Shown here piece after piece: positions 9,944 to 19,990 of a DNA stretch of 64,000 bases. A program made the translations under genes and the position numbers. Every line of letters begins with the position of its first letter. Positions within the stretch are counted from its first letter, which is position 1. Under the pieces are notes generated by a model. It was given only the letters and a program-made list of their open reading frames with translations, ran no database searches and was not told the DNA's origin. The DNA comes from a virus. The DNA is taken from positions 1 through 64,000 of the IMG/VR virus record IMGVR_UViG_3300047510_003392, one strand, 5' to 3'.

Positions 9944-10001
9944 TTGTTCATACTCCTATAAATATAACGTCATAGAATAAAACGTCATAAAAATAGTTAT
10001 T

Positions 10002-10898
10002 TTATTTTATTATTTCTTCGTAGTCCCCGACTAAATATTTATCTCTGTTTTTCTTGTATATTTCACGCATATTATCAGTTACTTGGATAAATCCCAACGA
10101 GTCAAATTTTGGACTTTCCCCCCAAATTTTTAGCCATCGGTGATAATTTCGTGACTCTGTTATCCTTTGGCGGTCAGATGTCCCCAGTAGTTTGTCGTGT
10201 TGCCCAAGAAAATGACTGCTGCGTGCTCCAAAGTGCCATACAAGTGCTTTTGAAGTAACCACAAAGTCGTATCCTTCGAGTTGCATTCTTACACTCTGGT
10301 CGTGGTCTTCATAAGATGTGGGACGCCAAGCATCTGAATTTTTCATAAAATACTTGGTTCGCATCATATATGATACGCCTTCTACTTTTCTAAAACCAGA
10401 TGGGTTTGGAGATTGTACGAAATGATCGGCCCAATATAAAAACTCCTCTTTTAGAAAATCGTGATGATATACACCAAACCCACCATTTACTGGGGCAAAC
10501 ATTGTTCCAACCCTATCTTCGTTATTGAATATGTTGGGTTCCAGACGCCAAGCACAAGCAACTAACGGTTTTTCTGTGCTTGAAACAAGATCATACAGCG
10601 GAGCATCGTATTTTTTTGATATATACATGTCCGAGTGTATCAAAGAAAATATGTCAGTTTTTACTTTTGACACCGCAACATTTACACCTCCACCAATTCC
10701 TCTTGGAACTTCATTTCTTTCATATATAGTTTCAATATCCGGTTGCTGTTTCAACCATTCGTAGGTTTCCTCGTCATTCTCACAAAATACAATTATTGGT
10801 TGGTTTTTATAAAAAGAGTTGTCTCTTATGGACTCCACGGCGAGCCGTAAGTAAGGCAAACTTTTATATGTGTTCAAGACCCATGTAAATTTACTCAT
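10002..10898 (-). CDS. Glycosyltransferase family 2
   Basis: GIGGGVN, IHSDMY, RLEP, SYEDHD, VWHFG; paralog of 7621-8805. Confidence 0.8.
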   Translation of the reverse strand: MSKFTWVLNTYKSLPYLRLAVESIRDNSFYKNQPIIVFCENDEETYEWLKQQPDIETIYERNEVPRGIGGGVNVAVSKVKTDIFSLIHSDMYISKKYDAPLYDLVSSTEKPLVACAWRLEPNIFNNEDRVGTMFAPVNGGFGVYHHDFLKEEFLYWADHFVQSPNPSGFRKVEGVSYMMRTKYFMKNSDAWRPTSYEDHDQSVRMQLEGYDFVVTSKALVWHFGARSSHFLGQHDKLLGTSDRQRITESRNYHRWLKIWGESPKFDSLGFIQVTDNMREIYKKNRDKYLVGDYEEIIK

Positions 10899-11631
10899 TG
10901 TTCTTTTTTCCTAATTTATATTCTTTTATTTCACTTTCTGTGGCTGTTCCGAATTGTATTTTCGTGGCCAAAGATAATTTTCGCTTTGTTTCTTCGCTAT
11001 GTGGCTTTCTCTTCTTGCCCATTCTAGACAATGCCATATTTTTTATCCATTCTGGGGATAATTTCCTTCCTTTTATTGAATTTGACATGTTTCGTCGCAT
11101 TTCATCTGTCCATTTCCTACCAGTCATTGCTGCGGATAATTTTTCTCTAGTTTCATCTGTAATAACCCAATCTCTGCTTACTTTTTTCTGCGAGTCTGAC
11201 ATTTTTTTCTTACTTTCTTCGGAAAAAATTCGTCCTTTCAACTTTTTAGAGCGTTTTGCTCTGGACTCTATAGATTGCTTTGCGTTATTTCCTCCGTCGG
11301 TAAGATTGTATCCTAGCGGGTTGTCATTTACAAATGTGCTAAACATTTTTATATAAAATCTTTCCAGTTCATTCAATCTACCAATGTCGGTATTATGCTC
11401 TAAAATATAACATTTGAACCTTTTCGGATATTTCCTCAATTTTCGTTGAAACAAATAGGCTTTTTGCTTTCTTATATGCGAAATACATCTGCTTTTTATT
11501 TTTTGATATGTCTGTCCAACATAACAAGGATACTCCACCCCATCTCTTGTTTCTGTCCATAGATATACTACGTGGGACTTGTTGTCTCCAAGATATTCGC
11601 CAGTCTCTCCATTGTAGCAAAGTTTATACAT
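10891..11631 (-). CDS. GIY-YIG homing endonuclease with NUMOD3 repeats
   Basis: VVYLW...YVGQT...R..SH, LNELERFYIK, GYNLTDGG, repeated SEESKKKMS/SEETKRKLS; probable start MYKLCY (11631); frame also open from ATG 11778. Confidence 0.85.
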   Translation of the reverse strand: MYKLCYNGETGEYLGDNKSHVVYLWTETRDGVEYPCYVGQTYQKIKSRCISHIRKQKAYLFQRKLRKYPKRFKCYILEHNTDIGRLNELERFYIKMFSTFVNDNPLGYNLTDGGNNAKQSIESRAKRSKKLKGRIFSEESKKKMSDSQKKVSRDWVITDETREKLSAAMTGRKWTDEMRRNMSNSIKGRKLSPEWIKNMALSRMGKKRKPHSEETKRKLSLATKIQFGTATESEIKEYKLGKKNNE

Positions 11632-11767
11632 CCAATTTAGACTTCCAATAGCGTGCCATGCGTTCATCATTGAGCCGCTTCTTATTTCTTTCATAGAACC
11701 GCTTGGATCGCTGGCGTTGCTGCTCAAGCAACTCTTCTCTTGTTCTGTGTAGTTTCTTTCGTCCCAT
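11624..11767 (-). CDS. Small basic protein (47 aa), copy B
   Basis: Hand-read MGRKKLHRTREELLEQQRQRSKRFYERNKKRLNDERMARYWKSKLDV*; last codons overlap the nuclease ATG. Confidence 0.8.
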   Translation of the reverse strand: MGRKKLHRTREELLEQQRQRSKRFYERNKKRLNDERMARYWKSKLDV

Positions 11768-11822
11768 ATAGTATTCATCAACTATAAATATAGCGTTGTG
11801 ACATAAAACGTCGTATAAATAC

Positions 11823-12602
11823 TTATTTTATTTCATATTTTTCTGCCTCTGCTCTAAGAGCCATATAATCGTTGTACATATTTGTTTTTACAAAGAAATT
11901 CTTCATTCCAGTTTCAGCAAGGCGACAATATGTTGGAATATCCAATCCAGCCACACCTCTTTTTACCGTGAGAGAATTATGATGTAGAATACAGGCTCTA
12001 TCAACTACACCAATCTTATATCCAAGTTTTTTAGCGGTCAGAGCAAACAGCCAATCTGGTCCCCATCCATACATAAGGTCCGAATCTATACTTCCAACCG
12101 CCTCAATCAATCTGCGAGAAATTAGAGGACATTGAAAATCAGAATATACAACTTGTCTTATTTCCTTAGAACATCTGCTATGCATTCCTTTCCAATGACA
12201 TTGTTGGTTTGGCTCTATGTTGTAAAAAGATGGAGCAACTATATCGTATTCTATATCGGTGTACGCTACCGGAAACTCTAGATACACCAGCTTAAACATT
12301 TCTTCGCGTAATGTTTTAACAAAATTGTATGGATGAACTGTAAGGTCGTTACTAAGAAACAATAAAGAATCATATTGCGGATTTTCTTTTACAAACTCCA
12401 TCGAGGCATTCAATCCACCGCCAAAATATACGTTTGTTTCCAACTGAAATGAAGTATATTTACTTCTACCTTCAGGTTTAGATGCGTTATCTAATACAAA
12501 CAACTCATAATCGTCTCTTTCATACGGCTTTAGAGACTCATACAGCATATCTGTATAGTCTGGCATATTATGATTTAGAATAATTGCGGCGGTTTTACCC
12601 AT
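11823..12602 (-). CDS. Glycosyltransferase family 2
   Basis: IILNHN, VLDNAS, FGGGLN, LSNDL, GWGPD; start MGKTAAI. Confidence 0.8.
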   Translation of the reverse strand: MGKTAAIILNHNMPDYTDMLYESLKPYERDDYELFVLDNASKPEGRSKYTSFQLETNVYFGGGLNASMEFVKENPQYDSLLFLSNDLTVHPYNFVKTLREEMFKLVYLEFPVAYTDIEYDIVAPSFYNIEPNQQCHWKGMHSRCSKEIRQVVYSDFQCPLISRRLIEAVGSIDSDLMYGWGPDWLFALTAKKLGYKIGVVDRACILHHNSLTVKRGVAGLDIPTYCRLAETGMKNFFVKTNMYNDYMALRAEAEKYEIK

Positions 12603-13020
12603 AACTGGTTCCTCCATTGAATATTTTCATTTTGATACTTTTACCAGACATCTCGGCGGGTTCTATAAAGAACTTTTTGTCTGGCGCTGTAATGCTAAAG
12701 AATAGTTCAAGTTCTTCTTCGTCATCCGCAAACATCATAAACGATTCTTCTGTGCCACTCTCTCTACACTTAAACAAGTTGTATTTTGTAGTGGTCACAG
12801 TAGTATATCCTTCTCTGTGTTTCATTGCCTCGGATATAATCATAAATTCGGCTGCGATGATTGCCGCTACTTGTATAGTTGTTACAATATTAGTACGCCA
12901 AGTGTCATTCAGTATAGCGTCCTTTATATAGAACAAAGACATAACCATTAGTGGCAGGCCAATGATGGAAAATACAACCATCAAATAAAAATATAAACTT
13001 TTTTTAGGCTTAGAAGTCAT
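12595..13020 (-). CDS. Membrane protein (2 TM)
   Basis: Two hydrophobic helices; own promoter TTGACA-16-TATCAT immediately upstream. Confidence 0.65.
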   Translation of the reverse strand: MTSKPKKSLYFYLMVVFSIIGLPLMVMSLFYIKDAILNDTWRTNIVTTIQVAAIIAAEFMIISEAMKHREGYTTVTTTKYNLFKCRESGTEESFMMFADDEEELELFFSITAPDKKFFIEPAEMSGKSIKMKIFNGGTSYG

Positions 13021-13055
13021 TTTTAATATGATAGAGCATTTAACTAATCTGTCAA

Positions 13056-13742
13056 TTAATTAAATGTCATTCCGTGCTTTAAAAAGATTTCTTTCAATGC
13101 ATATTTTAATGGAAGATGTCTAATCAGCAATCGTTCTAGCATTTTTAGGTCATATGGATATACTTTTTCCAGACTACACTGTGTATAAGGATCGGTAGCT
13201 CCTTGTTCTATGATACCATACGGTCCCCAATGTGCCTGAACTAAAAATCCTCCACTATCTATTGCCCTACGAAGTTGTTTTCGTGTTAGTACCCAACAAG
13301 CTTGGTGTTGGTTGGCAGCTACCCATTTTTTCTCGTATGCTTTTTGAACCATTGGGCCATAATATTCGCACAAATTTACTATAATTTTTTTGTCCTCTTT
13401 CTGCTCATACAATAAAAATCCAGCAACTTGATTATCTGGCAGCGTGTAGTTATATTCCAAAAATGCATCTAAATTATCTTCGGTGATAAGGATGTCATTT
13501 TCCGTGTATATAAACAAATCAAAATCGTCTATGGCATCTGCCATTTCCCACCTACAAGGATAGGGCAATCCTTGTGTAATTTCTTCAGGGTGTATGACCT
13601 GCTTTTCCTTCATCAGCGGAACCGTCGTGTGTATAGTTATGTCCGCTTTATATTTTTTCATGGATCGGTATTCTTTTAGTACTTGGTCCAAATACTGTAA
13701 TTGAGTTTTGCCAAAGTTATTTACACATATTTTTGTTTTCAT
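13056..13742 (-). CDS. Putative glycosyltransferase (GT-A-like)
   Basis: FIYTENDILIT DXD-like motif; cluster context. Confidence 0.5.
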   Translation of the reverse strand: MKTKICVNNFGKTQLQYLDQVLKEYRSMKKYKADITIHTTVPLMKEKQVIHPEEITQGLPYPCRWEMADAIDDFDLFIYTENDILITEDNLDAFLEYNYTLPDNQVAGFLLYEQKEDKKIIVNLCEYYGPMVQKAYEKKWVAANQHQACWVLTRKQLRRAIDSGGFLVQAHWGPYGIIEQGATDPYTQCSLEKVYPYDLKMLERLLIRHLPLKYALKEIFLKHGMTFN

Positions 13743-14608
13743 AGGATGTTGATAATTTGTTGAGCACGAGTTTCTGCACGATGGTATACATTTACTTTAC
13801 TATATATTCTTTCCGATAAAGTTTCACGAACATATTCATTGTTCAGTAAATATTCTATTTTCTCGACGGCTTCTTTTGGGTTAGAATAATACATTATGTC
13901 TCTACCGTCCACGAAAAGATCATATATCCCTGTGGATGTAGATATTCTATTTGTAACTACGGCAAGTTTGCAGCCGCCTGCTTCAAATAATCTACGAGTT
14001 ACTTCGTCATATCTGGCATACTGAAACGCTATAGTACCAGAATTATAAAATGATGTATTTTCTTGAGCAGGTATTTTTTTGTTTATGAACTTATCTCCAA
14101 GAGCAGATTGAATATAATCAACGCCGGGTCTATCTCCACAGGTTGTGATACATACGTTTTTCCTTGGCACTTCTTCTTTATATTTGAATAAAAACTCATC
14201 TCCCCAATGGTTGAGCCAATATACGTTTTTAAATCCCATCTCCTTGTATCTTGCACAACATCTCGCGTCCGGTGTATATATCGCATCCGCTATTTTTGCT
14301 CTTTCAAATCCTTGCCCAAATGTTTGTGGCTCGTCTCCCATATCAAGTATTAGTTTTGTTTTACTGATAGTTTTTAGTTTCTTTAGAGAGATATCTAGAG
14401 AAGGTGATGCCCAAGGCCAAAAAGCACCTATGAAATCATATTTATCTGCATTAGGATACAATCTATCCAAATTACAATTGCCAGCATCAAACTTATATAC
14501 ATCTACATTATGTCCCAACCGTTTGAAAGCAAATGAAAGTCCGAGAGGGCAATTCCAATAGTCCTCCGGTTGACTTTCATCTCCGTGCCATAACATTGCT
14601 ATGTTCAT
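13739..14608 (-). CDS. Glycosyltransferase (CgeB/Glyco_trans_1_2-like)
   Basis: RLFEAGGC, LFVDGRDIMYY, KIEYLL...H....RAQQI. Confidence 0.75.
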   Translation of the reverse strand: MNIAMLWHGDESQPEDYWNCPLGLSFAFKRLGHNVDVYKFDAGNCNLDRLYPNADKYDFIGAFWPWASPSLDISLKKLKTISKTKLILDMGDEPQTFGQGFERAKIADAIYTPDARCCARYKEMGFKNVYWLNHWGDEFLFKYKEEVPRKNVCITTCGDRPGVDYIQSALGDKFINKKIPAQENTSFYNSGTIAFQYARYDEVTRRLFEAGGCKLAVVTNRISTSTGIYDLFVDGRDIMYYSNPKEAVEKIEYLLNNEYVRETLSERIYSKVNVYHRAETRAQQIINIL

Positions 14609-15429
14609 AGTTTTTCAAGTATTTTATCCACCGCTTGGAATATATTGTATTTTTGACGAAAGCCAAGATTTCTTATCTTTTCACAATCCATAAAGAAGTT
14701 CGGCGCTTGAACTATTTGATGAAACTCTGGTACGTCAACATATGTTATTTTACTCGTTGAGCCAGTCTTTTTGATTACATAGTCTAGAATATCTATCAGC
14801 TTTATACTTTCTTCCGCGCCTATGTTATATATTTCATTAAACTTTCCACTATATGTCGCCAAGTTTATGGCCGCACATACATCTTCAACGTGCATAAAGT
14901 TTCTGTAATTGTCGCCCTTGTATATGCTTACTGGATCGTTTCTGACAATGTTTCCGATGAGATACTCCAGTGCGTTTTTCTTTTTTCCTGCACCAACATC
15001 TCCGCCAATTACATTACACAAACGTAATATTCTATAATTTCTGTGGAATGTGCGGCAAAACGATTCTGTCAGATCTTCGGCGGTTTTTTTAGTTATTGAA
15101 TAAAATCCCTTGGGATTGCACGGATCTCCTTCTTTGGCTGGGCGATACTTGGTATACCCCTCACCATATACAAACCAACTACTTACAAAGTTGAATGTGC
15201 CTTGAACATTTGGCAATACATCCATTAGCTTATTTAGATTAGTATTGATATCCTTATGGAGATCGTCGAATAAATGATAGTTGTGAGTGGTGCTAATAAG
15301 ATATAGCACATCTCTCATATTCTCAGACCAATTTTCATCACGAGGCATTATTATGCTTTTTTGTGGATATAGTTTGGCAAAATTACTGCCAACAAATCCT
15401 GAACCGCCAAATATTGTTAGTTCGTCCAT
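14605..15429 (-). CDS. NAD-dependent epimerase/dehydratase
   Basis: GGSGFVG, SSWFVYG, YSITK, LRLCNVIG, RNFMHVED; start MDELTIF. Confidence 0.9.
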   Translation of the reverse strand: MDELTIFGGSGFVGSNFAKLYPQKSIIMPRDENWSENMRDVLYLISTTHNYHLFDDLHKDINTNLNKLMDVLPNVQGTFNFVSSWFVYGEGYTKYRPAKEGDPCNPKGFYSITKKTAEDLTESFCRTFHRNYRILRLCNVIGGDVGAGKKKNALEYLIGNIVRNDPVSIYKGDNYRNFMHVEDVCAAINLATYSGKFNEIYNIGAEESIKLIDILDYVIKKTGSTSKITYVDVPEFHQIVQAPNFFMDCEKIRNLGFRQKYNIFQAVDKILEKL

Positions 15430-16727
15430 GTTGATAATACAGTTTCGATATGATTTAGATTGTCCGACGATATTGTTGGTGCACATCCCACGAAGAATAC
15501 AAGATCAAGAACTTTATTTGATTCTGGGTATTTCTTATAGTCGTCAAGATGTTTGTATCCATTATGCACGAGCAGGTTTCCAGCAAAATAGTTTCTCGTC
15601 TGTACCCCATTCTTTTCCAAGAATGCAACAAGCGTTTCTTTTTGCTTTCTATCTCTGCAAATAATTGGGACACCAAAAGGAACCCAATCTGTTTCGGCGA
15701 ATGTGTTTGGAAAATTCAAACCGTCAACATATTTCTTCAATGTAGATTGTATTGCATCCTTATTAGATTGTCTTGTCTTACAGATATAATCAAGTTTCTT
15801 CAACTGCTCCAAACCTATAGCAGCTTGTAGGTCCAATGGTTTCAGGTTCCAACCAATTCTGTTGAATACATATTTGTGGTCGATGATAAGCTCTGGGAAC
15901 TCTGGTAGCCAGTTTGAGAATCTCTTATTACACGAACCATTGCACAGCAAGTTTGCTGCCCCCACGCAATAGCAATCTCTACCCCAAGTACCAAAGCTTC
16001 TGGCCAAGTCAACAATTTCCTGTATATCCGAGGATACCATTCCACCTTCAAGTGTTGTTATTTCGTGTGCTGGATAAAAAGAACAACTGGAAGCTATGGC
16101 GTATTCGTTTAGATATTTTCCGCGCCACTTGGAACCGAGAGAATCGCAATTATCCAAAAGGAGTCTCAGGTTATGCTTTTTAGTAATAGCAAGCATTTCA
16201 TCCATGTCAGGAGGATTTCCCAATACTGGACTCAAAAATACTGCCTTGGTTTTTTCAGTTATCTTTTCTTCGATCTTTACCAAATCAAAATTCAATGTAG
16301 ACCATTCAATGTCTATAAATACGGGCTTTAGATTATTATGTACAATTGCAGATACGGTGGTTGGAAATCCTACCGCAGAAACAATGATCTCATCCCCATC
16401 TTTCCATCCAAAATATTCCTTGCACGCCGCAATAAGCAATAAGTTGGCACTCGATCCGCTATTGCAGAAGAATGAAAACTTGTTATTGATATGTCTTCCG
16501 AACTCTCTTTCAAATCTTGCACAAGTTTCTCCGGAAGAAGACCACTTTCCAAATAACAGTGTTTCTATGGCAGCTACCAGTTCGCTGTTATCAAAGTATG
16601 GACCTGAATAGTATACCTTCTTTTTGTCTTTTGCCACTATATTGTGAGCAAACTTTGGCACAAATCCATATTTGGATGTCATGCTTTCTATGAATTTAGA
16701 AATATCTTCTTTTTGATTGTTTTCCAT
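15417..16727 (-). CDS. rfbH: CDP-4-keto-6-deoxyglucose 3-dehydratase-like (RfbH/DdhC, DegT family)
   Basis: NSGSSANLL, FPTT, DNCDSLGS, SFYPAHEIT..EGG (His replaces PLP Lys), WGRDCYC...C Fe-S motif, DHKY, TRNYFAGN. Confidence 0.85.
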   Translation of the reverse strand: MENNQKEDISKFIESMTSKYGFVPKFAHNIVAKDKKKVYYSGPYFDNSELVAAIETLLFGKWSSSGETCARFEREFGRHINNKFSFFCNSGSSANLLLIAACKEYFGWKDGDEIIVSAVGFPTTVSAIVHNNLKPVFIDIEWSTLNFDLVKIEEKITEKTKAVFLSPVLGNPPDMDEMLAITKKHNLRLLLDNCDSLGSKWRGKYLNEYAIASSCSFYPAHEITTLEGGMVSSDIQEIVDLARSFGTWGRDCYCVGAANLLCNGSCNKRFSNWLPEFPELIIDHKYVFNRIGWNLKPLDLQAAIGLEQLKKLDYICKTRQSNKDAIQSTLKKYVDGLNFPNTFAETDWVPFGVPIICRDRKQKETLVAFLEKNGVQTRNYFAGNLLVHNGYKHLDDYKKYPESNKVLDLVFFVGCAPTISSDNLNHIETVLSTWTN

Positions 16728-16731
16728 AAAT

Positions 16732-17460
16732 TTAAAAATAATTGCAGGTTTTATTATATACTTCTTCCCAATTTACTACTGGACTCATATATTTTGGTTC
16801 GCAGTGAGTAGAATATCCAGGTATAGAATTTATTAGAGTTTTTCCTTCTTTTGCAAGATGTCTGAATTTATCAAAATCTCTAGTTAATCCTTTCTGGATA
16901 TCGCAGTATTTTACGTGTATGGCGAAATCTCTTCGCAACGTACTTCCTTTGCACGCATATGTGTTGGTAGTATTTGGTATCGTGCGCCAATGAGCGCTGG
17001 GCGTGCATCCAACCTTTGATACCAAGTCTTCATACATTTCATAAAAATATTTATCGTTATGATCGTATAATGTTATGTAATCCACGTCAATATATTTAAA
17101 TCCTTCTCTCAATATTTTTGGCCAACCAACATTGTGTAAATAATCATCCTCTACAAAATATAATATGTCTTCGTCGGAAAAGTCGGATGCGATAGCTGTA
17201 TCCAGTAGATTCAAGAAGCTTTGGGCGTCGCTGCCACCTGTTTTTTCATATAAATTGAACTTTCCCTTGTATTTTTCATTTTCCAAGAAATGTCCGCTTC
17301 CAGAAAGAACACCATCAAAGCATACATTGAGTTCGCAGTGCTCATCTATAGTATTAAGAAAACTATTAAAGCATCCTTCCCTACTAAAGAAGGATGGTCT
17401 TTCTTTGTTGGCAGAATTGCTGGAGAACTTGCAGTGTCTGGCAAATATTTTTATTTTCAT
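16732..17460 (-). CDS. Putative glycosyltransferase (GT2-like)
   Basis: ILYFVEDDYLH, STHCE. Confidence 0.65.
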   Translation of the reverse strand: MKIKIFARHCKFSSNSANKERPSFFSREGCFNSFLNTIDEHCELNVCFDGVLSGSGHFLENEKYKGKFNLYEKTGGSDAQSFLNLLDTAIASDFSDEDILYFVEDDYLHNVGWPKILREGFKYIDVDYITLYDHNDKYFYEMYEDLVSKVGCTPSAHWRTIPNTTNTYACKGSTLRRDFAIHVKYCDIQKGLTRDFDKFRHLAKEGKTLINSIPGYSTHCEPKYMSPVVNWEEVYNKTCNYF

Positions 17461-18218
17461 TCTATCTTTAAGTTTAGATAAGGTTCTACGGTATTATACT
17501 CGAACCCAAAAATAACATCTTTTCCACGGAATGGCTCAGAAAACTCTTGATGCACGAGTGCTGTCCAGTCCTTGTCCTTGTTATGACTCCAGCAACTTAC
17601 CTTCTTTAACATAGTTTCTTTGGATCTCACCCAAGAGTAGTGATGAATGAACGGCTTTCCTTTGTATGTAACATTTCGTGCTTTGCTGTCGTATGGCACA
17701 TAGTCAAATACGCCAGAACGTTCATTTTCGTGCATTATGAACTGGTCGGCAGTGTATGTACCTTTTTCTACGAGCGCGATAGAATCTTGCCAATCTTTGC
17801 ATTGATACTTGAAATCTCTGAAATAGAAATAATTTGCCAACTTATAACTCATTAGAGGTCCGCTCTGCTGCTCTGTCCACCAAGCGTTGAATTCTTCCGG
17901 CACAATTATTTCGTCTGTATCAAGAAACATAAAATAATCTGTGTCATCTGGGGCAACTTCTATTCCTATCTTACGTGAAATATTACAATGCCAACGAGAA
18001 CTTTCTGTGCTACAATAATCGAATTCAATAAACTCGGCATCTGGATTTTCTCCCGCCGATCTAAGCAATAATGCTCGGTCCTGTTCAGTTCCATCGTGAA
18101 AATGAGTGCAGAATGGAACGATGACTTTGTGAGAAACCTTGAGTGCAGCGTCTACGCACGGTTTAAGAAACACATAATCGTTTGTGCAGTAGTTTATAAT
18201 CGTAGTTATTTTCTTCAT
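17457..18218 (-). CDS. Putative glycosyltransferase (GT2-like)
   Basis: FLDTDEI, HHYSWVR..MLKKV..WSH. Confidence 0.65.
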   Translation of the reverse strand: MKKITTIINYCTNDYVFLKPCVDAALKVSHKVIVPFCTHFHDGTEQDRALLLRSAGENPDAEFIEFDYCSTESSRWHCNISRKIGIEVAPDDTDYFMFLDTDEIIVPEEFNAWWTEQQSGPLMSYKLANYFYFRDFKYQCKDWQDSIALVEKGTYTADQFIMHENERSGVFDYVPYDSKARNVTYKGKPFIHHYSWVRSKETMLKKVSCWSHNKDKDWTALVHQEFSEPFRGKDVIFGFEYNTVEPYLNLKIE

Positions 18219-18219
18219 A

Positions 18220-19041
18220 TTAGTTGTTTATGGTGTAGCTGCTGTAGTTGATATCTCTTTGCCAATCGGTTCGTTCAAACTTCAACGACACAGATTTTGC
18301 ATCTATAATGTCTACAGGATGTCCAACATCTTTCATTATTTCATCAATGTCTCCCATTTTCTCTCTCGGTATAGCAACGTGATCGCAGGGATATTCTGTA
18401 TTAATTCTTACCAATACATACCCCAGCGACAATATTTTGTTCAATAGCATTTCAGAGTTTTTTCCAAATGAATTCAGCCACTGGTTTTCCACTTCTATAA
18501 ACATTATTGGTCTAGAATTGCGAATCATTGTGTCTGCACCCTCTAACAAAAAGATTTCAGAACCTTGTACATCTATTTTCACGAAAGAAGCTCCGGAATT
18601 TATGACATTATCAATTTTTATCATTTCTACCATATCACCACCAACACCGACTTTAGTTGCTCCTATATTGATTCCCTGTGGTCTATCCACATCAACATAG
18701 TCCATTTGAATCATTTTATTTTCATTTCCTAATGCCACATTGAAACAAAATACATTTCTAAGGTCGTTTATGAATACATTACCACATAGCTGTTGATATA
18801 TTACTCGCAATGGCTCGAATGATATCACTTTCCCACTACTTCCTGCCAATTTTGCCATTGTTATTGTATGATATCCAAGATTGGCACCACAGTCTAAACA
18901 AATATCGCCAAATTTTATTACATTTTTTGCTACATTATAGAAATGCGGCTCAAAATCATTTTTTTGAATCAGTGCTTGTCCAAGAGCATCGTTGGGCAAG
19001 ACCATAAACTTACCGTGTACTGTATCTGTTATTGCTGGCAT
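18220..19041 (-). CDS. FkbM-family methyltransferase
   Basis: LDCGANLGYH, SFEP, KIDVQGSE...EGA, RPIMFIE. Confidence 0.88.
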   Translation of the reverse strand: MPAITDTVHGKFMVLPNDALGQALIQKNDFEPHFYNVAKNVIKFGDICLDCGANLGYHTITMAKLAGSSGKVISFEPLRVIYQQLCGNVFINDLRNVFCFNVALGNENKMIQMDYVDVDRPQGINIGATKVGVGGDMVEMIKIDNVINSGASFVKIDVQGSEIFLLEGADTMIRNSRPIMFIEVENQWLNSFGKNSEMLLNKILSLGYVLVRINTEYPCDHVAIPREKMGDIDEIMKDVGHPVDIIDAKSVSLKFERTDWQRDINYSSYTINN

Positions 19042-19042
19042 A

Positions 19043-19990
19043 TTATTTTATAAAAACTTCGTTAAACTTATTCATTACATTCCGAGGAGAGTATCTTTCT
19101 GAATATACATCATAATTTACCTTGGGGTCAATTATATTTTTAATATTTTCGAATATATAATCTATTTGTTCTTTGTTAGAATAATATATTCCAGCATCTC
19201 TTAATATTTCTATATGCTGTCGTTCTCTGCTATCAAAATATGTTATAACTGGTTTATTTGCACAAGAAAACTCTGCTATGGCAAGTCCAAAAGTTTCTCC
19301 TCTGTGTCTGGCGTGTATCATGGCATCACAAGTGTTAATAAACATTCCCTTGATTGACATATCATATGTAAATGGAAAATGAATTATATTAGGCAAATTT
19401 TTACAAAACGGTCTAGCACCAACAAACAGAAAGTATGTATTTTTATTTTTTCGTGCACATTCATACACAGATTCTTGTACAAATTTAATGTCAAAACTAT
19501 CAGCGCCTCCATGATATCCAAATACAAACGAATCGTTCGGAATACCAAGGGTTCCTCGTAAATTTCTGTTCTCCGGATTCTTTTCTACCATATACGGGAC
19601 ATAAGGCATATTTCCTCTGTAGCAAAAGTTGGATAGCCATTCCGAAATATATGCGTACACTTCTCCGTGAGGTTCTTTCGCCGGAAAAACTGCGTGCACG
19701 GCGGTTTTGCATGATTTGCAAATTTTTTTGTCGTTTTCTCCAGATTTTGTTATGTAAAATAAATCTACTTTATTTTTTTCACATATCTTATCTACATTTG
19801 AAAAATCATCATACAGTTCAACTTTAAACCTAGTTTTAAATTTATTGTACGCAGAAAGCTTCGACGGTTCAGAGTGTGCGATTATGATCGATTGATTGCC
19901 CAATATTTCTTCGTTATATTTTGCATAATCGTACATGGCAACTTCTGTACCTCTGTATCCCAATTGTTCGCTATGAAATGCTATTTTCAT
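19043..19990 (-). CDS. Glycosyltransferase (GT-B/GT4-like)
   Basis: RGTEVAMYDYA, FINTCDAMIHARHRGETFGLAIAEF. Confidence 0.8.
   Translation of the reverse strand: MKIAFHSEQLGYRGTEVAMYDYAKYNEEILGNQSIIIAHSEPSKLSAYNKFKTRFKVELYDDFSNVDKICEKNKVDLFYITKSGENDKKICKSCKTAVHAVFPAKEPHGEVYAYISEWLSNFCYRGNMPYVPYMVEKNPENRNLRGTLGIPNDSFVFGYHGGADSFDIKFVQESVYECARKNKNTYFLFVGARPFCKNLPNIIHFPFTYDMSIKGMFINTCDAMIHARHRGETFGLAIAEFSCANKPVITYFDSRERQHIEILRDAGIYYSNKEQIDYIFENIKNIIDPKVNYDVYSERYSPRNVMNKFNEVFIK

Noticed and set aside
9811-9951. Shared N-terminal domain WDE.NY...LSSN in the two nucleases (also 11632-11781)
   Set aside because: Better explained by the conserved small ORF in another frame; dual coding left open.
8971-11781. 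Group I introns or inteins hosting the endonucleases
   Set aside because: Flanking GT genes look complete and no split gene or intron core was recognisable.
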